A DNA stretch of 29,141 bases from a virus. Taxonomy: Duplodnaviria; Caudoviricetes. The position numbers and the translations under genes are program-made. Position 1 is the first letter of the stretch, and each line of letters begins with the position of its first letter. The DNA lies in the IMG/VR virus record IMGVR_UViG_3300030099_002405, positions 1 through 29,141 of that record, one strand, 5' to 3'. Below, piece after piece: positions 13,207 to 25,800 of the stretch. The notes beneath the pieces were generated by a model, which was not told where the DNA came from, ran no database searches, and was given only the letters and a program-made list of their open reading frames with translations.

Positions 13207-15072
13207 ATGGCAACCAAATTAGAAATATCAGATTTAGATTTTGATGGTATCAAAACTAATCTAAAAAACTTTTTATCACAACAAGATGAGTTTAGAGATT
13301 ACGATTTTGAAGGATCTGGTATGTCAGTTCTTTTAGATTTATTAGCATACAATACACACTATCTTGGATACAATGCCAACATGGTAGCAAACGAAATGTT
13401 TTTAGATAGTGCTGATTTAAGATCAAGTGTAGTTTCAAAAGCAAAACAAGTTGGATACACACCAACAAGTTCAACATCTGCTGATGCTTTTGTAGATGTT
13501 GTTGTTAATAATGCCACAGGCTCCTCTCTTACAATGTCAAGAGGGACAAAATTTACAACAACTGTAAATAGCATTTCATATTCTTTTGTGAACAATACTG
13601 AATTAACTATTACACCTTCAGATGGTGTTTATAAATTTAGTAATGTAAAGTTAAATGAAGGAACACTTTTAAATTTTAAATATACAGCTAATACATCAGA
13701 TACAGATCAAAGATTTATTATACCAAACAATAATGTAGATACAAATACACTAACTGTTAAAGTTCAAGAATCATCATCAGATACTACTACAAATACATAC
13801 ACACTTGCAACTGGTATTACAGCATTAGATTCTACATCTAAAGTTTATTTTTTACAAGAAGTAGAGAATGGTAGATTTGAAGTTTACTTTGGTGATGGTG
13901 TTTTAGGAAAAGCAATTGCCGATGGTAATATTGTTATCTTTGATTATGTCGTATGTAATCGAAATGCACCTAACGGCGCCACAACCTTCACACTATCAGG
14001 CACAGTTGGAGGATTTTCAAGTGCAACTGTAACAACAATTTCAAATGCTACTAATGGTGCAGGACCAGAATCAATTGAATCAATTAAGTTTAACGCACCA
14101 AGAGATTACACTTCACAAGATAGAGCAGTCACAGCTGATGATTACAAAGTTTTAGTAAAAAGTTTATATGCAAATGCTCAATCAGTACAAGTTTATGGCG
14201 GTGAAGATGCTGCCACACCAGAGTATGGTAAAGTTTTTATTTCAATCAAAGCAAAATCAGGATCTAACTTAACAGAATCTACAAAAGCAAGTATCGTAAC
14301 TAGTCTTAAACAGTTTGCTGTTGCTTCTGTGAGACCTGTAATTATAGATCCAGAGACAACATTCATAACTCTTGATACAGCATTTAAATATGATAGCACA
14401 GCAACAACAAAAGGTGCTAGTACGCTTGAAACAAATGTATTAAACACAATTGCTAATTATGGCACAAACACTTTAGAAAATTTTACTGGTGTTTTTAGAC
14501 ACTCAAAATTATTAGAAAACATTAACAATGCTGATACATCTATTTTAAGTAATATCACAACTGTTAAAATGTACAAAACAATCACACCTACTTTAAACTC
14601 AGCACTTAAATATACAGTATCATTTAATAACGCATTTTTTAATCCACATAGTGGTCACAATGCAGCTGCTGGTGGCGTGATATCATCAACTGGTTTTAAA
14701 ATTAGTAATGATAGTTCTACAAATGAACATTTCTTAGATGATGATGGTGCAGGTAATTTAAGAGTTTACTATTTAAGTGGTACTACAAGAATATACACAA
14801 GTTCAACTTTTGGTACTGTTAATTATACAACTGGTGAGGTGATTTTAACATCAGCAAATATTACAAGTATATCAAATGTAGATGGTGCTGCTAGCACATT
14901 AATAAGAGTTTTTGCTATACCAAATTCTAACGATATCGTGCCTGTTCGTAATCAAGTATTACAAATAGATACAGCAAACTCAACTGTAAGTGCTGATATA
15001 GATACTGTTGAAAGTGGTTCTTCTCAGGCAGGAACAACTTACACAACAACTAGTAGTTATTCATCATACTAA
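13207..15072 (+). CDS. gp6: Baseplate wedge subunit gp6
   Basis: LDFDGIK.NLK.FL, DYDFEGSG...LLDLLAYNTHY, FGDGVLGK, ESIESIKFNAP, QDRAVTADDY, YGKVFISIK. Confidence 0.97.
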   Translation: MATKLEISDLDFDGIKTNLKNFLSQQDEFRDYDFEGSGMSVLLDLLAYNTHYLGYNANMVANEMFLDSADLRSSVVSKAKQVGYTPTSSTSADAFVDVVVNNATGSSLTMSRGTKFTTTVNSISYSFVNNTELTITPSDGVYKFSNVKLNEGTLLNFKYTANTSDTDQRFIIPNNNVDTNTLTVKVQESSSDTTTNTYTLATGITALDSTSKVYFLQEVENGRFEVYFGDGVLGKAIADGNIVIFDYVVCNRNAPNGATTFTLSGTVGGFSSATVTTISNATNGAGPESIESIKFNAPRDYTSQDRAVTADDYKVLVKSLYANAQSVQVYGGEDAATPEYGKVFISIKAKSGSNLTESTKASIVTSLKQFAVASVRPVIIDPETTFITLDTAFKYDSTATTKGASTLETNVLNTIANYGTNTLENFTGVFRHSKLLENINNADTSILSNITTVKMYKTITPTLNSALKYTVSFNNAFFNPHSGHNAAAGGVISSTGFKISNDSSTNEHFLDDDGAGNLRVYYLSGTTRIYTSSTFGTVNYTTGEVILTSANITSISNVDGAASTLIRVFAIPNSNDIVPVRNQVLQIDTANSTVSADIDTVESGSSQAGTTYTTTSSYSSY

Positions 15073-15081
15073 TGGATAACA

Positions 15082-18000
15082 ATGACAGACTTTAAAAAAA
15101 CAAATAAGAAAAAATTATCAAATCTTGTAAAAGAACAACTACCTAGTTTTGTTCTAGAAGATCATCCACAGTTTGCTGAGTTTGTATCTGCTTATTATCT
15201 TTTTTTAGAATCTGCTGAACTTCAAATATCCTCTTTTACTGCTGTTGATAATATCCTTTTAGAGGGTGAAGGAACAACTGATAATTTTGTTTTATTAGAA
15301 AGAACAGATAGTTTTGGCTTAGATGCTAATGATAAACTCGTTCAAGAAGAACTTACATTTTCAGGAACATTTCAAAAGAAGGAAGTAATCACTGGTGCCA
15401 CATCAGGTGCAACAGCGACAATTCTTGCTGAAGATTTTGCTAATTCAAAATATATAATATCTGCCAACAATGGTTTTATCACAGGTGAAACTGTAACTGG
15501 TGCCACATCAGGTGCAACTGGTATCGTTGGTAGATATCGTGCAAATCCTATTGAGAACATTCAACAGTTTTTAAATTATTCTGATCCAGATCATACGATA
15601 TCTGATTTCTTAACACAAATGAAGGAAGAGTTTCTTAAAACTATTCCTACAAATACTGACAGTAGCGTTAATAGAAGAAAATTAATAAAGAACATAAAAA
15701 CATTATACAGATCAAAAGGTACTGATAAAGCTCATCAAGTATTTTTTAGATTATTATTTAATGAAAGTTCAGAAATTTACAAACCAACAGTTGATATGTT
15801 GCGAATATCAGATGGTAAATTTTCTACAAATAATTTTCTTCGTTGCACACAAACAGCAGCACAAGCAATTGACAATCCTATATTTTTAATTGGTCAAGAA
15901 ATAAAACAAACAAATGATCCTGCTGATGAAAATGTAAATGAAGCAACAGCAATTGTAGAAAATATCACAAGATTCCAAGAAGGTTCAGTAGTTGTAACCG
16001 AAGTAGAAATCAACGCAGAAACAACAACTGGTACTTTTGTAAATGGTCAAACAGTTTCAGGTATTAGTAATATAGATTCTGACAATCTCATAAATTTGAC
16101 AATCAGTCAAGCTGTATCATCAACTACAATTACAAATGATGGTGGCACTTTAACAGTAGGTGATGAAGCAACAATATCAGGTGGTGCAGGGACTGGTGCT
16201 CGTATTCAGGTAGATGATATATCTGGTGGTGGTGTTGATGAGGTCATTGTTAATGTTGCTGGCACAGGATATGAGATAGGTGATACAATCACTTTCAGTT
16301 CAGGAACAGCAGAAGCAAAAGTCGCTGTTGTTGGTGGTGGTTTTGCACCAGAAACAGGAAGTGTTCCTATTCATGTAGAGTTAGAATCAGGAACAATCAC
16401 AGGTGGTGGTTCTGGTGATTTGTTACTCGAAGATTTTTCTGATGGAACTATTGGTAAGTTTTTAGATTCTGCTTCACAAGAAGTTGAAAATGAAATTAGA
16501 TTTGAATTAGAAAATGAAGTTGGTCATTTATTGGCTGAAGATGATGATAATCAAGTTTCAGATACATTTTTTATTTTAAATCAAGAATCAAAATTAAATG
16601 TTCCTTATGATATCGAAGAAGATGAACATATCATATTAGAAGATTCTATATCTAAAGTAGGAACAATTGGCGATAAAATAGTTCAAGAGAATGGCACAGG
16701 TGTTGGTGATATAACTGACATACGAATGATTGCAAGTGGTGGTGGATACACTACATTACCTACTGCAACAATTACAGTTGGTGATAGATTTATAGGATTA
16801 GAATCACAAACAAATCTACAAAGACTAGCTGTTATAGAATTAGAAAGTAGTCCTGGTTCTGATGGTCAACCAGATCATTTAGAGTTTCAAAGAAATACTG
16901 GTAATATTTTAGATGAACAAGAAACCACAGTTGCTGTCGAGGGTGATGGTACAGGTGCAGGTAGAATAGAATTAGAAAGTGGTGGTAATATATTAAATGA
17001 AACTTTTGATGGTGCAAATGCAACTGTCATACCTTACGGTGCTGAGATAGGTCGTGCAACATCATTAGGTATTATTGAACATGGTATTAATTTTACATCA
17101 GCACCAACTTTAGTGTTTCCACATTATGCTGTTGTCAAATCAGCTTCAGGTACAATAACTGAAGATGAAACATTTACAAGTAATGTAAGTGGTGCAACAG
17201 GAACAGTAGTAGATTTTACAGCACCTCTTTTAAAATACACAGTTACATCAGGTGTATTAGAAGTAGGTGATACGGTTACTTTTTCTGGTGGTGAAACTGC
17301 TGTCGTAGTAAAATCAGATCCACTAACTGGCACATCCTCAATCGCAACAAATATATTTACAAAAGGTAAATACATTAGTCAAGATGGACAACTTTCAGAA
17401 CTTACAAAAAAAATTCAAGACAGTTTATACTATCAAGATTTTTCTTATGTTGTAAAAGTATCAGAGGCGATAGATAAATGGCGAGATTCAATTAAGAAGG
17501 CAGTTCATCCTTCTGGTTTCTTTGTAACTGGAGAAGTGAATATTGCAACAAGACTAGACGCACAAGTTAAACAACCAGTTGGTGCTTCACTATCTTCTGG
17601 ATTATTCTCTGGCACAGTTGATAGTCCTATCTACATGAGATTAAATACTCTGTTCTCTACATTGTTTGATAGAAGAACAGGTGTTGGTTTACGAAGTATG
17701 AGTAATGGTGTTGAGTTAGATGGTAAAACTAAATTATCATCAGCAGTTGCAAGAACAGGTATTGCTATAGAACCTCAAAACGATTACAGAGATCCAACAA
17801 CAAACACACAGAAAGCAGTAAACTTATCACCAGAAACTACAATGGAACTAGAACAAAGAAATAGAAATAGTTTTTACAGTTTAAATAGTGAACCATTTAC
17901 TTTAGAAGATGGTACAGGTTTCTTAGCAAAAGAGGATGCTGGATTTGTAGTAGATGAGTTTGGTTACACAGTAAGAGGTGTAAGTGTAAGTAATGGTTTT

Positions 18001-18324
18001 GCATATGCAGGACCAAGACAAAGAAATTTAAGAGCACCTTTTGAAAGATATGCTCATAATAATGGTATATTATTAGAAGGTCATACTGAAACAGGAAACT
18101 CTAATATTAGATTAGAAAACGAATCAGGCGTAATTACAAGTGAATTTGGTATATCTGCAAGCACAACAATAGCAGATTGGGCACAATTAAGATTTTCAGG
18201 AACATTGAATGAGAATGTTGACGGAGAAACTATGAGATTAAAAGATTTAGAAGGAACTAATAGTGATTTAGATCATAGAAATAATTTTGCATTTCCTACA
18301 GACATCACACAAGAGCCTTCGTAA
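15082..18324 (+). CDS. gp7: Baseplate wedge initiator gp7-like
   Basis: Lies between gp6 and gp8; EQLPSFV..DHP.F..FV.AYY.FLE, LIKNIK.LYRSKGT, KIQDSLYYQDFSYVVK, VHPSGF. Confidence 0.88.
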   Translation: MTDFKKTNKKKLSNLVKEQLPSFVLEDHPQFAEFVSAYYLFLESAELQISSFTAVDNILLEGEGTTDNFVLLERTDSFGLDANDKLVQEELTFSGTFQKKEVITGATSGATATILAEDFANSKYIISANNGFITGETVTGATSGATGIVGRYRANPIENIQQFLNYSDPDHTISDFLTQMKEEFLKTIPTNTDSSVNRRKLIKNIKTLYRSKGTDKAHQVFFRLLFNESSEIYKPTVDMLRISDGKFSTNNFLRCTQTAAQAIDNPIFLIGQEIKQTNDPADENVNEATAIVENITRFQEGSVVVTEVEINAETTTGTFVNGQTVSGISNIDSDNLINLTISQAVSSTTITNDGGTLTVGDEATISGGAGTGARIQVDDISGGGVDEVIVNVAGTGYEIGDTITFSSGTAEAKVAVVGGGFAPETGSVPIHVELESGTITGGGSGDLLLEDFSDGTIGKFLDSASQEVENEIRFELENEVGHLLAEDDDNQVSDTFFILNQESKLNVPYDIEEDEHIILEDSISKVGTIGDKIVQENGTGVGDITDIRMIASGGGYTTLPTATITVGDRFIGLESQTNLQRLAVIELESSPGSDGQPDHLEFQRNTGNILDEQETTVAVEGDGTGAGRIELESGGNILNETFDGANATVIPYGAEIGRATSLGIIEHGINFTSAPTLVFPHYAVVKSASGTITEDETFTSNVSGATGTVVDFTAPLLKYTVTSGVLEVGDTVTFSGGETAVVVKSDPLTGTSSIATNIFTKGKYISQDGQLSELTKKIQDSLYYQDFSYVVKVSEAIDKWRDSIKKAVHPSGFFVTGEVNIATRLDAQVKQPVGASLSSGLFSGTVDSPIYMRLNTLFSTLFDRRTGVGLRSMSNGVELDGKTKLSSAVARTGIAIEPQNDYRDPTTNTQKAVNLSPETTMELEQRNRNSFYSLNSEPFTLEDGTGFLAKEDAGFVVDEFGYTVRGVSVSNGFAYAGPRQRNLRAPFERYAHNNGILLEGHTETGNSNIRLENESGVITSEFGISASTTIADWAQLRFSGTLNENVDGETMRLKDLEGTNSDLDHRNNFAFPTDITQEPS
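15391..15518 (+). repeat. Exact 23-bp direct repeat within gp7
   Basis: ACTGGTGCCACATCAGGTGCAAC at 15391-15413 and 15496-15518, encoding TGATSGAT. Confidence 0.9.
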
Positions 18325-18329
18325 ACTCT

Positions 18330-18337
18330 TATAAATA
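18330..18337 (+). promoter_or_regulatory. T4-type late promoter for gp8
   Basis: Exact TATAAATA in the gp7-gp8 spacer. Confidence 0.85.
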
Positions 18338-18371
18338 ATATGAAAGAACATTAAATTAATGGGAAACTAAA

Positions 18372-19829
18372 ATGGCAGCAATAATTACAAACAAATTCAG
18401 AATAAATAATGCCGAGCAGTTCGTTGAATCATTTAGTGAAACTGCTGCTACGACTTATTATTTGTTCGTAGGAAGATCGCATTCCTGGGCGACTGATACT
18501 GACGGTCAAGGCAGATCAATCAACGAGGGAACTGACGCTTCTCCACCTACACCTAATGATGATGTTTCATCTGAGTTTTATAACTATGATGATATGTTAG
18601 GTGCTAAACTACTAACTTCAAGTGATGTGTCTCATGTAATACCAAGAAGAAACTGGACAACAGGCACAACTTACGATATGTATGAACATAATATTAGTTC
18701 ATCAAACGCCGCTAATAGTGGTGCAACAAATTTATTCGATTCAACATTCTTTGTAATGAACAGCTCTTTTGCTGTTTATAAAGTTATTGAGAATGATGGT
18801 GCTACTGCCTCTACAGTAGAACCTACTTCAACATCAAATTCAATTTTTGAAACATCTGATGGATATAGATGGAAGTATATGTATTCTTTAACTTCATCTG
18901 AAACTTTGAATTTTATGTCAACTGACTTCATTCATGTATCAACAGATTCTACCGTATCAGCTGCTGCCGTTGATGGTGCGTTAGACACAATCTTAGTTGT
19001 TGCTGGTGGATCTAGTTTTACGACATCCTCAGGATCAACCATATCTGCAATCCCAATTCGTGGTGATGGTACAGGTGGTATTGCTTCAGTAACAATTAGT
19101 TCTGGTGCGATTGCTACTGCAACCGTAACAACTGCAGGTTCAGGATATACTTTTGCATACATACGAGATGCTGACATTATCGCTGCTACAAATGCTGGTG
19201 GTGCTGGATCAGGCTCAAATCTAAATGTTATCATTCCACCAAAAGGTGGTCATGGTTCAGACGCTGTAAAAGAATTAGGTGGTTTCTTTGTAATGTTAAA
19301 TAAATCACTTGTTGGTGTTGAAGGTACATCAGACATTGGTGTTGGTAACGATTTTAGAAGAATAGGTTTATTAAGAGACCCAACTAACTTTGGAACAACA
19401 ACAGTTGCAAGTGCAACTACAAGACGACAAATTTTTGCTGTTAAGTTTGCTTCAGTATCAGGAACATTTACTGCTGATGAAGAAATAAATCAGGCATCTA
19501 CAGGTGCTGTAGGTAAAGTTGTAGAGTTTGATTCTACAAATTTAATTTTATATTACTATCAAACAAGATTCCCAGATTGTGGTGCTGATAGTAATGGTAA
19601 TCTAACAGCGTTCTCTGGTGCAAATGCAATCACAGGACAAAGTTCAAGTGCAAGTGCAACACCAGATACAAGTAATTCAAATACAGTAAATGCTGTAGAG
19701 TTTAGTTCTGGATATGCAAATCCAGAATTAGCATTTGATTCGGGAGATATAATTTATGTTGAAGAAAGAAGTCCTATTACTAGAGCTTCTGACCAAACAG
19801 AAAATGTCAAGTTAATTATTGAATTTTAA
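18372..19829 (+). CDS. gp8: Baseplate wedge subunit gp8
   Basis: MAAIITNKFRI.NA..F, VIPRRNW, DGYRWKYMY, PPKGGHG, NDFRRIGL, SGDIIYVEERSPITR...QTENVKLIIEF. Confidence 0.95.
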   Translation: MAAIITNKFRINNAEQFVESFSETAATTYYLFVGRSHSWATDTDGQGRSINEGTDASPPTPNDDVSSEFYNYDDMLGAKLLTSSDVSHVIPRRNWTTGTTYDMYEHNISSSNAANSGATNLFDSTFFVMNSSFAVYKVIENDGATASTVEPTSTSNSIFETSDGYRWKYMYSLTSSETLNFMSTDFIHVSTDSTVSAAAVDGALDTILVVAGGSSFTTSSGSTISAIPIRGDGTGGIASVTISSGAIATATVTTAGSGYTFAYIRDADIIAATNAGGAGSGSNLNVIIPPKGGHGSDAVKELGGFFVMLNKSLVGVEGTSDIGVGNDFRRIGLLRDPTNFGTTTVASATTRRQIFAVKFASVSGTFTADEEINQASTGAVGKVVEFDSTNLILYYYQTRFPDCGADSNGNLTAFSGANAITGQSSSASATPDTSNSNTVNAVEFSSGYANPELAFDSGDIIYVEERSPITRASDQTENVKLIIEF

Positions 19830-19842
19830 GTAAAGGAATATA

Positions 19843-22800
19843 ATGCCATCAAAAACTGATTTTAATGTTACTCCTTACTATGATGATTTTAGTGAAGCAA
19901 AAAATTTTCATAGAGTTATGTATCGCCCAGCGTTTGCTGTTCAGGCGAGAGAACTAACAACTCAACAAACAATATTACAAAACCAAATAGAAAAAATGGG
20001 AGACCATTTATTTCAACATGGCGCTATGGTTATTCCTGGCGAAACACATTTTGATAAAAATTATTATTCTGTCAAACTAACTTCTTTCACAGGAACATTA
20101 TCTAATTTTATAGGCACCACTCTAACAGGCGGCACTTCAGGCCTAAAAGCAAAAGTAGTTAATGTAGTAGCTACAGACGGTACTGATCCAGATACTTTAT
20201 TTGTCAAATATAAAAACTCAGGAACATCTAATGATGCTATAGATTTTACTGATGGAGAAACACTAACTAGCGATGCTTCTACTGGTGAAACTGCCGTAGT
20301 CGATACCACTTCAATTGGCTCTGCTTTTCATATAGACGCCGGCACTTATTACATTAATGGTTTCTTTGTTGATGTAACAAAACAAACTTTAATATTAGAA
20401 AAATATACAGACGCCCCAAGTTTTCGTGTTGGTTTAACAGTCTCAGAAACATTTGTAACATCAACTGATGATACATCTTTACTAGATAACGCAACTGGAT
20501 CATCAAATGAAAATGCAGCTGGTGCTCATAGATTCAAAATAAATTTAACTTTAGCAAAATTATCATTAACTTCAACTGCTGATTCTAGTTTTGTTGAACT
20601 AGCAAGAATAGAAAATGGTAACATTTTAAATAAAATTGTAAGAACAGAATATAATATCCTTGAAGATACTTTGGCAAGAAGAACTTTTGATGAAAGTGGT
20701 GACTATTATGTAAACGCATTTGATATTGATATTAGAGAGAGTTTATTATCAGGAACAAATCGTGGTATATATCAATCAGGTGAAAATACAACAAGTGGTC
20801 ACGCAGCTGCTGAAGATAGATTAGCTATTGGTATGGGTGAAGGTGTTGCATATGTTAAAGGTTATGAAATTAGAAAACTAGGCACAACATTTATCGATAT
20901 GCAAAAGGCAAGAGATTTTGAAACAGAAAGTGGTGAAGTAGTTAGATTTGCTCAATTACCTTTTGTTAATGTTACAGAATTACATGGCACACCAGATGTT
21001 GGGTTTGTATCTGCTGAAACAGAAGTTTACAAAAAAGTTAGACTAGTAGATGAAAAACATTCTACAAGAGGAACAGAACAAACAAATAATGATGGTAAAG
21101 TTTTTGATATTGGTCGTGCTAAAACAAGAGGCATAGAACATAATTCAGGATCTGCTTCTGGCGTTTTCATGTCAACTGCTTCTCTTAAAACAACCACTTA
21201 TAAACATTATCTTTTTGATGTAGTAATGTTCTCTCATCTAAATGTAAGAGGTCCTGCTTCAGGTTCTTTCACAGATGGTGAAACATTAACTGGTGGTACT
21301 TCAGGTGCTACTGGTGTAGTAGAAAGTATAACATCATTAGGAACAGCAACAATCACAGGTATTACACAGGCAAATCCACCAGTTGTAACTTGTAGTGGTG
21401 GTCATAATTTTACTGAAGGTCAAATAATAAAAATTTCTAGTGTTAGTGGTATGACTGATGTTAATAACAGTTTCTTTACTGTTAAAAATCCATCAGCAAC
21501 AACTTTCGAATTATTTTCTGAATCAACTACAACTATTCAAAATCCAAGTGCTGTTGATGGCACAGCTTTTTCTACTTATACATCAGGCGGTTCTGCTGAA
21601 CACACAATCATTATATTATCAAATGTAAAGGGTGAATTTGTTGAAGGTGAGACCTGCACAGGCGGTTCATCTAGTAGCACAGCAGTATTACAATTTGATT
21701 CTTATGGTTGTAAAGGTTTTGAAACAAAAGAGTTTAGTCAAACTAAAGGTATTTCCATGGCAGGTAGTCCTGTCTATACATCTAATATAGATTTAACTGA
21801 AACTTTTGGTGATGTAAAAGAATTATCAGGAACAATATCTACTGTTGATCCAGACGCTTCGCCTGGTAGTATTATCATGGACGGATCAGATGCAAATGGT
21901 ACTGATAGTGGTGATTCTATAATTTTAGAGGATGCAACTGAAACAGGTGACGCTGTAACTGCTATAGGTTTAGAAGATCCTATCGACCAGGCAGATGTCA
22001 TAGTGGGTTCTGCAACTAGATTTTTAAGTGAACTAAAACTTGGAGATCAAATCACTTTTGAAGATGATTCAAATACAACAGTTACAAAGATTGTTCAAAG
22101 TATTCATTCAAATACAAGATTAGAAACTGCTACTGGATTAGGAACAACATCAGCAACTAGTAAAATATTCAAAAGACAAAGAACTAAAATGCAATCACCT
22201 GAAAATGACAGGTTATTATTTAAATTACCATATGATGTTATTAAGACTTTATTAACTGCTGATAATGATGAGATTAGTGATACAAGTTTTCAAATTAGAA
22301 GGCAGTTTGTTGCCTCTCTGTCAAGTTCTGGTCAAGCAACACTAACTGCTGGAACAAACGAAGTATTTGTTGCACACTCTGAGGCTGATGTTACAGTTTC
22401 CGTAATGACAAAAGGCGGTAGTGCTACCGAAGGAGAAGTCGGAGATGTTATAACCCTATCAAACTCTGGCGATTATACTCTTGGTGGCTCACCAACAGGA
22501 AAAACTTTAACAATAGATTTAGGAAGCACATTCAATAGTAGTAAAATTAAAGTTCTTGCTACAATATCTGCTTCAGTTGTAAGTGCAAAAACAAAAACAA
22601 ATACAACGGATGAAACAAAAACTGTTGATACACAAGCACTAGCACAAGCAACAACAATTAATCTTGGTAAAGCAGATGTTCATAAATTAACTAGTGTCTT
22701 TATGGCTTCTGATTTTAGCACAGCAGCGACAACAAGTGATACAGATATTACATCTAGATTTGATTTAGATACTGGACAAAGAGACAACTTTTATGATGTT

Positions 22801-25800
22801 GGTAGATTAGTTAGAAAACCTGGTCAAGCAGCACCTACTGGTAGATTATTAATAACTTTTGATTATTTTGAACATGGTGCTGGAAACTTCTTTAGTGTTG
22901 ATAGTTATTCAGGTTTTGATTATGGATCTATACCAGCATATACTTCAGATGTTACTGGAGAAGTTTTTGAATTAAGAGATCATCTAGATTTTAGACCAAG
23001 AGTAGATGACGCTTCAACCATAGACGCAGGTGATGGACAAGATCGACAATATTCAGGCACTGGTGCTTCTACAATAGACTTTGCTAAATTTAATACAAAT
23101 GTTACTACTGATTTAGAATTTTATCTATCTAAAAAGGCAAGAGTTTTCTTAGCACAAAATGGTCAATTTTTAATTAATCATGGCGAACCCGCTGTTAATC
23201 CTGAATATCCTGAATTACTACCAAACGCTATGCACTTATATGATTTATTTTTACCACCATTTACATTTAAGACTAGTGATGTTGATGTTAAAAAAATAGA
23301 TAATAAACGATATACAATGAGAGATATTGGTCGTTTAGAAGATAGAATAGAAAATATTGAATATTATACTCAACTTTCTTTATTAGAAGCAGAAGCACAA
23401 AATATGCAAATACAAGACGCTGATGGTTTTGATAGATTTAAAAATGGTATTATAGTAGATAACTTTACTGGTCACAATATCGCTGATGTTGGTGATGGTG
23501 ATTACTCAGTTTCAATGGATATGGCACAAGGTGAATTAAGACCCTCATTTAGTCAAGATAATGCAGCTTTATTAGAAATACAATCTGATTTAGAGACATC
23601 ACCTACTGACGCTTCAAGAACAACTGCAGGTTATCAAAAAACTGGTGACTTAATTACTTTACCATATACAACATTTACACAACTAGAACAGCCATATGCT
23701 AGCACAACAGTCAATGTAAATCCTTATGATGTTGTTGTATATAGAGGCAATATTGCATTAGATCCACCAATGGATGAGTGGTTTGATACAGAAACAAGAC
23801 CAGATTTAGTTATATCTGTTCCTGGAACTTATGATACACTATCTGACCTTGCTAATGAAAAAGTTTTAGATTTAAATTTTGGTACTGTCTGGAATAACTG
23901 GAACGATAGCTGGTTAGGAACTGTACAAGATAAGAATAGGAGAACTACGACAAGATACTCTAATGGTAAAAAATTCAGAGTAACTACAGTTGATACAGAG
24001 CAAAGAGTAGGTCGAACTAGATCAGGTATTCGTTCATCATTAGTTCCAAATATTGTAAGATCAAGTTTAGGTGATAGAGTTGTAAATGTAACTTTTTCTC
24101 AATTTATTAGACAAAAAAATATATCTTTTACTGCAACAGGTTTAAGACCAGACACAAGAGTTTATCCGTTCTTTGATGATGTTGATGTTTCTTCTTTAGT
24201 AACACCAACAGGAAGTAGTGCAGGTTCTGCTTTGACAACAGACACTAATGGAAGTTGTTCTGGTGTATTTGCAATACCTGATCCTAAGAGGGATACAAAT
24301 GTTAAGTTTAGAACAGGTAGAAGAACCTTTAGATTAACAAGTAGTTCTAGAAACTCCTTAACAGGTGGAGGATTAACAACAGCAGCAGAAACAGAGTATG
24401 TCGCAAAAGGATTATTAAATACAACACAATCAATTATTCTTTCTACTAGAGAAGCAGTGATTGGTAGAAATGATATTAATGAAAGCACAGTAATTACTCG
24501 AAGAGGAACTAGAGATGAATCTGTTGTTGAGATTAGTGAAAGAAGAAATGAACCTGGTAGTGGTGGAGATTCTGGTTCTGAAACTCAAACAGGTGGTTCT
24601 ATAATAAGAATAGGTAATCAAACAGGTAATGTATTTAGAAATGGTAAATTAACATTTGATAGTAAACCTAATGCACCTGGCGGTGGTCCAGTAGATACAG
24701 TTGCCAAAGCAGTAAAGAGTGGTCGTAGAGGAGGACCTCCTCCAAGTTTTTCTAATTCTAGACACCCAGCTAAATCTAGTTGTAGAGGTCAATTTCAAGA
24801 TCCTGTTGCACAACAATTTAAAATAGATGTTAGAGGCGGTATGTTTATTAGTAGTGTTGATTTATTTTTTGCTACTAAGTCAACAACTATACCTGTTACA
24901 GTTCAGTTGAGAACAATGTTTAATGGATTTCCTACAACAGAAGTTATACCATTTGGTGAAATAACTTTACAGCCTTCAGATATTAATATATCAACTGACG
25001 CTTCAGAATCAACAACATTTACTTTCCCAAGTCCTGTTTATGTAAAACCAAACCAAGAATATTGTTTTGTAGTTGTAACAAATACAGACGAATACACTAT
25101 ATACACCGCTAGAATGGGACAAACAACTTTAGATGGTTCTAGATTTATTTCAAAACAACCATACTTAGGTAGTATGTTCAAATCACAAAACGGTTCAACT
25201 TGGTCTGCTGAACAAAATGAAGATATTAAATTTAAATTAAATGTTTGTGATTTTACAACTAATACAATTGGCACAGTTAGTCTTGTAAATGATGAGTTGC
25301 CTACTAGGTTATTACCTAAAACAAATCCTATCTCTACGACAAGTGGTTCTACAACAATAACGATACATTGTCCAAATCATGGTATGCACAGCACATCAGC
25401 AAATGTTACAATATCAGGACTTGCCTCTGGAACATACAATGGTATAGCCTCTACAAATATCAATGGTACTTACACGACTATTGGTAATATAAAATTAGAT
25501 TCATTTACAGTAACAGCGCAAAACTCTGATGCTGCTGACGCAACAGGAGACATAGGTGGAACCGATCAAGTATCTATAACTAGAAATATGTTATATGATG
25601 TAATACATCCTGTGATTGGTAGCGTTATACATGACGAAACAGGTTTAACAGCTGAGATGAGAACAACTGGTGGAAGATCATTAGAGGGATCTGAAACAGA
25701 ATACACTTTAGAATCTGCATCAAAGGCTAGAAAAGTTACAATAAATCATGACTACTACATGACTGCACCAGGAGTAATTGCTTCTGCAATTAACGAAACA

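Noticed and set aside
2194-19829. Bacterial T6SS, eCIS or tailocin locus (VgrG-like hub and spike, PAAR, gp25)
   Set aside because: gp4 head completion, T4 gp6/7/8, repeated TATAAATA late promoters, a tRNA and an early operon indicate a T4-like phage genome.
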